Below are positions 11,838 to 23,173 of a stretch of DNA of 64,000 nucleotides, one piece after another (the stretch's first letter is position 1; each line of letters opens with the position of its first letter). Under the pieces are notes generated by a model. It saw only the letters and a program-made list of their open reading frames with translations. It had not been told where the DNA came from and did no database searches. Source of the DNA: Zygnema circumcarinatum SAG 698-1b. Taxonomy: Eukaryota > Plantae > Zygnematophyceae. The stretch spans positions 1,798,001 to 1,862,000 of the forward strand of contig CM074813.1 of the NCBI GenBank assembly GCA_037447605.1. Direction: 5' to 3'. The position numbers and the translations under genes are program-made.

Positions 11838-13423
11838 CTAGAAAGCTGGCGACCGTTGAGGAGTGCCTTTTCTCCTGCTTTTGGAAGAAAGCTCAAGCTT
11901 GCTGGCAGAGGGATAGGGCTGGCACACGAATCGAATAGTCCTGCTTCTCCTGGGTGCAACAAAGAAGCTTGTGGACGACGTGTAGTACATTCCTTCGTCG
12001 CTGCTGTTGGAACCGCCCGATGAAGTCGACTCAGGGTTTTCTAGACTTGAACCAGAAATTGCTCCCTCTGTTTCCATCATTTCCAGGTCACTTGAACTCC
12101 TTTTTATCGACATGGGAGAGGGCATTCGAATCTCCAAAGATGGGAGAGAAGTGCATCGATGTAAGATCGGATCCAGACCGTATTCTGACTTGATGACGGC
12201 ATCTACCTGGAAAAGTGCATGGAGACAATGCGGAAGTCAGCGTCTGACAAATAAAGAAAGATAGAGCAAAAATCAAGGCACCCTGTTCTAGACAACATTT
12301 TTTGCTAATAATTCATGATAAATGCAGAAAGTGCCAGGCCCTCACCTTGCAGCAAAGGGAGCAGTACCGATATTCTCCTTGCAGAGTTCGTTCGCAAGTC
12401 TCACAACTGTTACATCCTTTAGTTGGGCGCGGCTGCGGACGCTGATTTAGGAACACAACTTTCGCACTGTTTATGATATAGGTCTGCAAAGACATGTACA
12501 CGGTCAGATGTGGACTAACATGAAAAGCAAACGCTGCTTCATCCAGACCACATTCAGTCCAAAACAATTTAAACATCCCAAACCTGCAAGGCGTTTAAGA
12601 ATCAGAATAATGTCATCATACAACTGAGAATCAAAAGAAGATTTATGATGACGCCAGAACAAGAAAGCAGCAGGAACTGGAAATTTGGGAAATCCTCCAT
12701 ACCTGAACACCACTGCAGTCAACGAGCTTCGTTATGTCCTGAAGGCGGACTACATCATGATAAACATATCGTCGAATCTGAAATAAAACAGAAAACAGAC
12801 CAGACACCTTGTGTCAGAAGTTTGACGATTGTAACCCATCATTGCCATACTTCAGCGACCCTTGCACTTCAATACGACCGACTTACAAAGAAAGCAAAAG
12901 GTGAGTAGAGATGATTTCCTGAAAAGAAATGAAAGGATGCAAGCGAACTCCTGAAAGCTACGTACAGATTGATTTGACAAGGCATCTAAAAATAATGCCT
13001 AAAAATTGCTCAATTGAAGAAGCGAAGGAAAATTGGGCTTCACCTGCAACAGCCGGTGGGAATCATGGCAGTTCAAACAGTGCTGACAGACACAATCTGT
13101 ACAGTCCACACAGTAGATATTTCGCTCGTTCTTTTTAGAAGCTGCATGTCGTTGACATCCGGTAAAAAATTTTCCCGTAAGAAGACCGTGAAGCCATTCT
13201 GGTCTCCCAAAAGGTATTAGACTTGAGACCTCCTCCACCTGCTGCAACACTCGAAGCACGGGTGTTGGACATAATTTCACAAAAAACAGTCTGATACTTT
13301 GCATTGGGCCAAGTCTGATTTGTCCACAATAGGCGAATCACAATTCGTACTACAAACAACATTTCTGCGGAAACAGATAACTTCTTATGACCACTTCAAT
13401 TTGTAAGGAAAAGTAATTACCAT
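11838..13423 (-). CDS. PLATZ zinc-dependent transcription factor
   Basis: Exons 13238(or 13241)-13044, 12777-12703, 12483-12346 and 12206-11838, with a probable ATG-only first coding exon at 13423-13421 (ATG|GTAATT). Product: [38 protein letters not shown]...HRLLQ|[25 protein letters not shown]|[40 protein letters not shown]|VDAV...[12 protein letters not shown]. These are the hallmark PLATZ motifs. Confidence 0.92.
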
Positions 13424-16413
13424 GCTTTCGGGACTCGCTGCAACGTCTACCAGGAGCATTTTCGCAGAAACTTGGGGGAAAAAAATGGCTGCGCCAGCAG
13501 AAACGAGAGGTACTGTCAGGCAAGAGCAGCAGATCCTTCAGAGTAGAAGGACACGGAAGGACCAGACAGCTCAGCAAACACGTTGTAACGAGCAATTGAA
13601 ACAGCCATCGAAATGGAAGATCGACAACCCGACGAGGAAACTCCAAGGAATTGCACTAAGTCTATTCAATATACAGCTATGAAAAGCTGATGCTCCCTAA
13701 TTTCATCTCCATTAGACACAGGCCCTTAAAATTATGCAGCAAGTGCACTCCATTTCACACAGGACCTAAATTGACCATGCAGAAGGCAGCATAAGCTTGA
13801 TTGTTCCTGAATTGACCTGAATTGCCTAATACAACCAAACCAAAATCCAAAGAGACAGGCGCAGAACGTTTAATAACAATGGAATTTGGAATTTTATAAC
13901 AACGCAATTGCTTATCACGCACTGAACTCAGTTTCAATGTCCACTGAAACGAGTACCAGTAGGAAAAATACCGTAAATTGCAAAGTACACATCTTTCGCA
14001 TCCGGATTTATAGATGATTAGGTCCAATCTGAATCAAAACATCACATCCAATATCTCCACTCAATTTCGCCCGTCGTTTCCAAAAGGACTCACCTACACA
14101 ATTACCAATCTGGATCCCCGACTCCAAATTTCGCCTCTCCTGTAACGGAGATAATTCAAATTCAAATTGAAATCTTATGCGCAGGACCAATTCAATACTG
14201 ACAAGAAAGGTCCTGCCAAACTCCTCCACACTTCACTCAAATCTCCAAAATTGGCAGCTTCAGATCCACCGCAAATGCAACCAAAACTAAACTTCTGCCC
14301 CTGTGATTAAAAAACGGAGTGCGGCGAGTCTTTTCCCTCCCAGATGAGGAGCCAATGCACCACCAATAACACCCCTGGAGCTGCCCTACCGGCTCGCTAT
14401 GGCGCCCTCCAGCCTGCATTGAACGTGCAGGAGAGAGCGCCCGCGGGAGATTCCCCAACAACAGCACACTTCAACAGGAAGATGCCCGGAGGCCTGAGGG
14501 GGTACCCTGCAACACTGCTCCAGTTTTGGGATTGCCTCTTGCAGGGTACTTTTTCTCGATGGCTCTGTTTGGAACTCCAAAGGGCTCGCGCGGCCCGCGA
14601 GCGCCGCAGCGCGTCCCCTGAAAAACGCGGCGCACAAAAAATGCCTTGATGCCGGCGGCACGTGTGAATCTCCAGATTCCAAGGAATCTACGATTCCCTT
14701 TTTTTTCGCCAATCCCGTGCCGCCACGTCACAGTCGTCCCTCCACGGTGGCGAGTGTCAACGAATGGTGGTATGCCACATCCTATCGCTTGCCAGCTCGG
14801 ATGCCACGTGACGATGACGCTGGGCATTGAAAAATTTTGCAGGCGGGCGCGCCTGACCAGAATCTTCGAAATTCCGCTTGGAAGGTGCCTTTATACTTAT
14901 TCCGGCGAGCGTCGGGCGGAGGGCGCTGGGCGCCAGGTGGCGCCCTCCGGGCCAACGGTGAGCGTCATCCGTGGCCACGTGCCGCCCGCGGAGGGGACCC
15001 TGCGAGCCACGAGATGGCAGCCGGCCAATGGCGGGGCGGGCCGGCGTCACGCTGGGTTCAACAGAGGCCCCGGAAAGGGGAAAACGGCCAACGGCTTTTG
15101 GGGACAGGAAACTTTGGACTTTCTTCAGGATAGGAAAAAAGGAGGTTGGGCGAATGGGTGGCAGCCATGTGTCCGGGTTCAGATTTGTAAATTGGTAAGA
15201 ATATTTACAATTGTGGAAAGAAGTCGAATTAAATTGTGGACCAATTTGTTTCGAGTCAATCGGAAAGTTTCGCGGCCCGGCCTGGAAAAAAAAAAAAAAA
15301 GCATACAAACGTGTTGACACTGAACCAGCCTCGATGGCCGCCGACACGTGGCGCGCAAGGCCGCACTGGGGCTGGCAGGTCCGTACGGGTTGCGCGATCG
15401 CCGTACTGTTGACTTGCAGACAGGACGAAAGTGTACATATTAGCCGTACAGCAAGTCCAGCCACATGTGGTCTAGTCCCACCCAGTTCCGTAGGCCGGGA
15501 CCGCGACGGGGATCCGTGGGCTGGGGGTACTGTACCGTACCGTACCGGATCCGTACGGTGTGCGGCAGGCAGCTGAGGTGGGGGGGACATGTCACATACT
15601 CACATGTCACATGTGACATGTCCGAGGAGGCGAGGACACAGACCGGACCAGTTACGGTCGTACGGTGCGGTACGGTACGTGGTTCAACATTTCGAAATAA
15701 AGTAGGCGAACTCCGTGGGCGGGTCAGCCAGCGGGGCGGCTTGGCCATGGTTCACATCAATGCCGGAGGCGGGTAATGGTGCGCCACACGCATCCCTTGC
15801 ATCTTTCTGCGATGTGTGCTGTTTGTGTAGGCAGATAAAGTGTAATAATATCTGATTTTCTGCAAGTCTTCACGAGCGTACACCTTATACTTGCAAATTT
15901 GCAAACGCCGAATGCTCAAACATTAGCATTAGCATCTTCTTGCAATCACAAGACGTTAATTCCGGGCCACCATGTTTGTTTGTTTGTTTTTCCGATTCAG
16001 TTGAAAACGTTTGAGCATGAATTAACTGGAATCGTAAATCTTTGTTTTCACAATAAGGAATGGGACAACCCAGAGCAGGCCTCCCTCAACGCCCCTCGGC
16101 TTTCGCCTTCATCTCGCGCTGTCCTTCTACTGCCCTGCTGCAGACGAACCGTCCACCCTCACATACGCACCACCATCCACCATCCACCTGCCTGCCTGCC
16201 TAGCAAGCATGCGATGTCCAGTTCTCATCGGCCGGTGGCGGAGGGAGGGAGGGAGGGAGGCGCGATTTGTTGCCGGACCACCGCGCGCTGTCTAGCTTTG
16301 CGAAGCGCCATTCGGGGGCGAGTGTGGCCTTGGCCTCACGATCCATCAATGTACATGGACAAAACGAGCATGGGGAACCACGAGGAAAGAAGTGCCATGA
16401 CTTTTCTCGAAAA

Positions 16414-16812
16414 TAAATAACAACTGCAAGTTGCAGTTGTTATTTAACACTTTGAGGTTCGATACAATGTATAATACAGTATTAATACTGTATTATACAC
16501 TGTATAATACCTTAACGCAACTGTTAACAGCCGTACAATCGGAACATAGACCCGTACGGAAATCATGTACGGAATGGGTGTACGAACGTGTACGGACCAA
16601 GTCACACGTGTTGAGTGTTTGGCAAGTGACGTGACTTGGCAAGTGCTGGAATTTCAATATTATAATCAAATTTTGTTCAACTAACCACGAAAATAAAAAA
16701 AATACGTTAAATACATTAAAAATACACTGTATTTTTAAAATGTTGTATAATACGCATGTATTATACAATGTATTAATACACGCGTTTGATACATACGGAT
16801 CTATAACTGCAA
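16414..16812. repeat. AT-rich element built from palindromes (possible degenerate non-autonomous transposon)
   Basis: A 33-bp palindrome at 16414-16446 (16-bp arms), a perfect 32-bp palindrome at 16468-16499, and TGTATAATAC-gcat-GTATTATACA at ~16744-16767. GTTGCAGTT at 16430 is mirrored by AACTGCAAC ending ~16812. Confidence 0.55.
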
Positions 16813-17716
16813 CAGACCAATGCTTCCATGCCACGTTACAGCGCTGAACGGTCCACGTGGCAGTCCACGCCGCTGTGGGACACGCGTTCACCTGTGATTC
16901 GCGCAAGTTGCGCAGGCCAGATCCGTCCACGTCAGCAGATCCACCCGCCCGCCCTCCGCGGCTCCGCCTCGGATGCCGAAACGTCCCCAGAGGCTCATAG
17001 AGTCCACAGAACAACGCAGTTCCGTCACGCGTGATAACGCACTGGCCCGCGAACTGCGTCCACATGAAGGCCATTTGTACCCCATTTCCGTTCCAGACGT
17101 TTCCAAAAGCAGGTTTGCAGCCTCAAATCTGGCGCGCCAATGACGTGCGCGCGTTCGAAAGGCCCCCTCCAAAATGGCGCGCCGCGTCCAACCGCAGTTT
17201 GCGGGCGCAAACCGAACGGGGGGGGGGCCTGCACCTGGCCGGGCCGCCGGGCCACGTCGCCTGCAGACCCGCCCCGCCGTGGCCCCCCGCCAGCCATGGA
17301 CGCCGCCGGGAATATCTGACGGGCGCCTTCCTCACTGCGCGCCTGCTTGGGCCGGGGCCGGTGCTAGCTAGGGCGGAGGGTAGATCTCGGGGGGCAGTGA
17401 GGGTGAGGGAGGGAGATTAGGAGAGGGAGGGGAAGTTAGGGACAGGAGGGAAGACGACGGATAGTGGTGAGCCGGGGGTGAACGGAAGGAAGAGAGGCAA
17501 ATAAAGGGGAGAGGAGAGGCGGGAGGAGGAAGACAGGGGCTTCGGAACGCTGCATGGGAGTATGATGCCGGTGGCTCCCTTACATGACGGCTCGCTCGTG
17601 CTGCGACAGGTGGCACTCGTCTCCCGTCTCCGCCTTGTCTTTCTTCCCTGGCTCTCCTTTTGTGAACTTTAGTTTCCTTTTTCTCTCGTCTCTCATGTGG
17701 AATTCTCGTTTTCTGT

Positions 17717-20132
17717 ATGGCGCAGGTTGGCGGTATATGTGCAAAAGATTTAGCTGTTCGAAATTGCCAGTCTCGACAGGTTTCTCTGCTGCTTCCGCAG
17801 AGAGAATTTGAAGGGAAGTTGCTGAGGAAAGGGAGGAAAGAAAGTGGTAGCTGGCTGCAAATTTGGGTTAACCAAAAAAGGGTTAAGCAGATCAGGGTTC
17901 GTCAATTCAGAGTTTCTGCTCAGGGGGGCTTCGGAAGAGGAGGAGATGCGGCTCTGCTGGAGGAGGAGGGAGCGCCGCGTGGGAAGCAGCAGGAGAGAGG
18001 GAGGAGGAGAAGGAGATCCCAGAGTGAAGTCAGGGCGAATTATCGCACCCTGGAGGTAGTCAGAGAGGGGACCGTGCAGGAGGAGCTGGAAGCTCTCTTT
18101 CGGGGCAGGAGTCCGGAGGAAAGGGAGCGAGAGAGGGAGGAGAGGGCAATAATTGAGGATCTTCTGAAGGAGGAAGGGTGGGTGATGGTGCGAGAGAGGG
18201 AGAGGGACAGGGGGACAGGTGGTGTAGGAAGGCCAGAATGGGAGATTGGTGGGCGGGGGAAAAGGGAAGATGTGGCTGTTAGAGGGGCCGGAGTGAGGAA
18301 GGATGCTGAGATGTGGATATCTCTGCAGCAGGAAGTGTCGGTGGCGGGGAGAAGTGGGAAGGGTGGTAGTGGTAGAGCAGTCGCCGAGGAGGATGTGAGT
18401 ATGTCCCGCTCGAATTGGTATACGACAAAAAGGGAGTCTGCAGGAGGTAGGAGTAGCGCTGTAGTTGAGGAGGACAAAGGTGTTTTCAACAGGAGTTTCT
18501 TCCCGAGAGAGGTGGACTTGCAGGATGGAGGTGCAGGTGGCAGTGGCGGTGGAGGAAGAAGTGTGGATGTTCTTGAGAGAGAAGTCGATAATTTGGCGAA
18601 AGAAGTGTTTCATGGGGTAGGAGAGAAAGTGGGAGAGGTTGTGTTGAAATCGGAAGGACGACCGAGTCTGCTGAGGAGTCCCCAGCCGGCGAAAATTGCG
18701 CAACCCCTGCTGGTGCAAGAGCTAGAGGTTGTGAAGGAGGCGATGGGGCTAGGGAGGGAGGCTGCGAGAGAGGCGGTAGAGGAGGGAGAGACAGCGGTGG
18801 AAGAACAGCTGAAAAAGGCGCGTGCTATGATGAAGGATAAGAGTTCGCGGCTCGTCCAAGCAAGGGTGCTGCTGCAGCAGGTGAGGAGAGGAGCGGAGGA
18901 GAGAGAGGCCTATTACAGGGCTTTGGAGAGGAAAGAGGGTTGCATCATCTCTGGGGGCTCGATGGGTTTTGAATCTTTGTTCGTCTCTAACATTTTTTTC
19001 TTTGCACGTCTTCCTGTTGCGGGGTATTATAGTTAGAGATTCGAAATACCCATGGGTAAGTCCGTAGTTCAGGAACAGGATCTCATATGGGGCTTGCATG
19101 TCTGTGAAAGAGGGTAGACGGGAGACGGGAGAGGGGAAAGGGAGAGAAGGGAACAGGGAGAGAAATTGACTGTGGGCGTATCTGGGCTGGGAGCAGTTGG
19201 CTAAGAAGCATCCACTGAATGCTAATTTGTGGGTTCATTATGCGCAATTGGAGCGGTTATCAGGTGTGTTTCAAGCATTGCAAGTTTGCATTATACCCAA
19301 TATTTGGCTCTTTGTTTCCTCCTTTGAGTCTGCAGAGTCCTTAACATCTCAGAGCACAAAAAAAACTTTTCTGATTTCTGCAGCCTTATAGAGCTGAACG
19401 TCACAAAAATTGTTGGATGTTTTTTACTCCGATCTCCTTCTCAATCTCAGCACTTGTCGATTTCGTATCCTGAACTCCGAATTGGGTTTGAACAGGGGAT
19501 ATCGCAGCCGCCCGCTGCAGACATGAAGAAAGCATTCAGATATTTGAATACTGGCGTGATTACGGATCTCAGTATATTCGAGCCCTCCAAGCTTGGGCGA
19601 CCTTAGAATGTCAGAATGGCCAAGTGGACACAGCTCGATGGCTATTCAAAAAGGCCATCAGAGCTTCCTCAAGAGTGAGTTCTTTACAACCCCTTAAACC
19701 ACTTCATTTCTTCCAACTCCTTCCATGAATGTCCTGTCCTGACTTTGGTCTTCTAAGTCTAGTACATAACCATGTCGAATTTGTATGGGGAGTGCAGGTG
19801 GAGGTAGAAGGAGAGGTAGGAATAGTAGATGCAGAAGTCGCAGGGCTTCATGCGTGGGCCATGTTGGAGAAGAAGCATGGGAGTTGGGTCCGAGCGAGAG
19901 AGCTTTTAGAAAAGGCAGAGCAGCTGCAGCCCTTAAACCCCGCTGTGCTCAGTTCGCGTGCGCTTGTTGAAAAATTGGCGCACAATTTCGGTCTCGCGAG
20001 ACAATATTTTAGGCGCGCGACAAAGGCGGCTCCGACAGATGTGATTTCCTGGCAGGTGGGCTGATGGCAAAGAAGTTGGAAGGGGAGGAGAAGTGGGGAG
20101 GGGGCTAGTGGGAGGGAGGACGAGAACTTCGT

Positions 20133-20165
<33 letters not shown>

Positions 20166-21842
20166 GTCATGAGTCGAGCTACGGGTTGTACTCTCTCACT
20201 TTGTCGCCGACATTGGCTGACTAACTCTGTTAGCATCGTGCAATCTCTCCAGCGGCCTGCCTGTGACTGTTTGCATTCGGGGATTGGGGCGATGTAAGGA
20301 TTGCTGGGGTAAGGATTATGGTGACCTCAGAATTCATGTTAGTGATGACGTTTGTGACGTGATTTCTGTCACTTTATTGTGTCCTGAATTTGAAGACGCG
20401 AGTGATGTACATTATTGAAAATTTGTGATGTTACGACTCGTGATGCAGGCTTGGGGAGTGATGGAGGCGGAGTTGGGAAATGTGAAGAGGATGCGGCAGC
20501 TCTTCCAGAAGGCTCTAAATGTTGCCCCTGCCAGCGTGCATACTCTGCAGGTGGGGGAGGAGAGGAGAGGGCAGAGGATGGTCAAACCCACTCAACTTGA
20601 AACGATTTGTTAGAGCATTTTCGAAAGGGATCCGAGCTGAATGGAGGTACACACGTTAACAGAAGAGTTTATTTTTTTTTTCTTCACAGGCCTGGGCACA
20701 CCATGAAGCGAAAATCAGCACCGAGGAAAGTTTGCAGCGAGCGCGGGACCTTTATCAGCGCTGTGTGGAAAGTGCTCCGGAATCTGTCTTTGCCTGGCAG
20801 GTAAAGTTTCCGTCTTTACCTGCTGCAGTCCATCAGTTATGTTCCGTCGCTTTGTGTTCTTGCCCCTTACAACATAGATCGCTCAGTAGCACCTCAGCTT
20901 CGACTGCTTCCATTGCACAGGGTATAGACCAGCTGGCAGGATTTGACTGGAAAAGGAACTCCTGTGATGGCTGTTTTCCAGCCTATGCCATGTGTGTATC
21001 TGATGGATTTGTATGTATGCATACATGGGGTATGGAGGAGAGCAGGCATGGGCCGTGTTGGAGCAGAAAGCGGGAGACCTCAACAAAGCTCGCCAGCTTT
21101 ACCGGCAGGGGCTGCAAGCAAGCCCTGCTGACGTGGCATGCTTGCAGGTAGGGGAATGAGACTTTGTAGAGTGTTCTCTCCTTAGCACATGTGTTGGTAG
21201 CGATTTTTTTCCATCGAAGAGAAGTAGTAGAGAGGGTAAAATTGACGGCACAAATATCGTGAAGAGTGTTTCAATCGGTGAGGGTTTGCTACGCAATTTT
21301 GGGTGCTTCTAATAGGTGTCCCCCCCCTGCATTGAATTTTCCAGGCATATGCTCGACTTGAATGGCATTGTGGGAACGTTCAAGGAGCGAGAGATGTGCT
21401 CGCGTTAGCTCTCGCAGAGCAGCCAAACAATGCCGCTGCTCTGCAGGTAAGGAGTGGGAGAGGAAGAGGGGGAGGGATTGAAGGCGTTTGTTTGTTCGTT
21501 TGGAGTGAGAGAAGGATTGAATTTGATTAAGTCTGCAGTGGAATTCTAGATACCTCAGTCTTCTACAATAATGCCTTTGTGGCTTGGAATGGGTGCTTTT
21601 TGCAGCTTGCCGCAGAGGTGGAGGGAGAATTGGGTCATATGGAGGCTTCTAAGCAGCTTTTTATTCGGGCGGGTTTGGCTGACCGGGTGAGAAGCCGGCG
21701 CCGACGGGATATGTTCGAAAAACGAAAGAATGAAAGTAAGCGAAAGTTTGCCAGTGGAGGAGAGAGAGGAGATGAAGTGGAGGGAAGGCGAGGGAGGGAG
21801 AGAGTTAGAGAGGGAGGGAGAAAAGGAGGGCATGAGCTCTGA
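17717..21842 (+). CDS. HAT/TPR-repeat protein, HCF107/Mbb1-like, probably plastid-targeted and RNA-binding
   Basis: Exons 17717-18880, 19197-19263, 19496-19674, 19798-20055, 20449-20550, 20690-20800, 21046-21147, 21345-21446 and 21606-21842. They give serial 34-aa repeats of the form AW(A/G)xxE...G....AR.L(F/Y)..A....P. The N-terminus ends in a transit-peptide-like RVSA. Orthology to HCF107 is not established. Confidence 0.85.
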
Positions 21843-23173
21843 GGCAGAGCAGGCGCCCGCAGGCGCTGCCCTTGAATGTGTGATTTTCAATCCGACTTAG
21901 AGAGGGAATGGAAAATCGGTCGTTTTTATTTTCTTCCGGTGAGAATATATGTGCAGAGTTGTTTTATTAGGCATTGCAAATTCCTGGCTCGAGTTTTGGG
22001 AAGGGCCGGGAATCTGCAGAAAGTTCACAATAGAGTGTGGAGTGTGGTTTGGGAATTGGAGTCGGTTAAAAGGAACGCGGTGAGAGAGGGGGGAAGCAAA
22101 GCTTGGGAAGTTGTGCAGATGAACTGGTAGAGATGGAAAGAAAATGATGTACAGACAGATGATAGAGAGAGACGCAGAGAAAAAAAAAGGAGAGCGAGCT
22201 GTGAAGAGTACTGTGCATGTATATTCGAGCAAGAATGCTGCAGAGCGGCAGTAATAGTGAATTTACTCATGTCCTGCTGTTATGTTGTTTCTATTTGGTG
22301 TGAACCCAAAGCTGTTGAAAGCTGACGGTGACAGGAGGCTTAAAGTGAAAGGGACAGCTCTGTAAACTGCTTTTCCGGAAATGTCCTGAGGCCGCGAAGT
22401 GCAGAGCTGATAAAACAGTTGCTTTAAAGATGTCATCTTACTCTTCCCCTCCCCCTCCCCCTCCCCCTCNNNNNNNNNNCATGATGAGAAATTTGTCACT
22501 TCTTGATTGATTGTCATGCCAAACTGAAATATCTCGAGTATGAATCAAGAAATGAAACACAAGGAATATATTTAATAGGCAGCAACAAAAAAAATCGTTA
22601 CATGCCGAAGAAGGGAGTTTCCCTTCGCAAGTACTCCACCTACCAAATTGCACAAATTTCATTACCCACTTTTCATTTTATTCAATAAAATACAAAGCGA
22701 AATTGACTATATTCTACCTTCAGAACTAATATGGTTGCGCCCAAGGAAAAAAAAAGCATCACGAAGGGGTTACCTAGTACAGATCTAAAACTGCCAAAAA
22801 AACGACTAAGCCTCACCATTTTTACACTGATTTAGTCACTAAGAAGGTACAAAACCTACTAATCTCCACTAACTTACAACGTCTGTTGTTTTCACTTATT
22901 CCTTTCCCATACCAATAACAGACCTATTTCAGAAGGGCAACAGATCAACTGTCAAGGAGAAGGCCACAGCTGACACGAACACGCAGCAAAACTCCATCCT
23001 ATATGTTAAAAACAGTCCTTGAAATGGTTAAAATAGAAGAAGTACAATCTACTTTTCGAAAATTTCTCCCTCTCTTTCCCTTATTTTTATAACTCGGCTC
23101 CTATTTTCCCTACACCCTCGCCACTCCCTCTCTCCCTCGATCTTTCCTCCTCCTCACGGCTCCAAAGACATTA

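Noticed and set aside
5519-16600. Copper link between CCDC22 (COMMD/CCC copper-transporter trafficking) and the GTAC clusters
   Set aside because: The clusters are about 10 kb from the CCDC22 promoter with PLATZ in between; no support.
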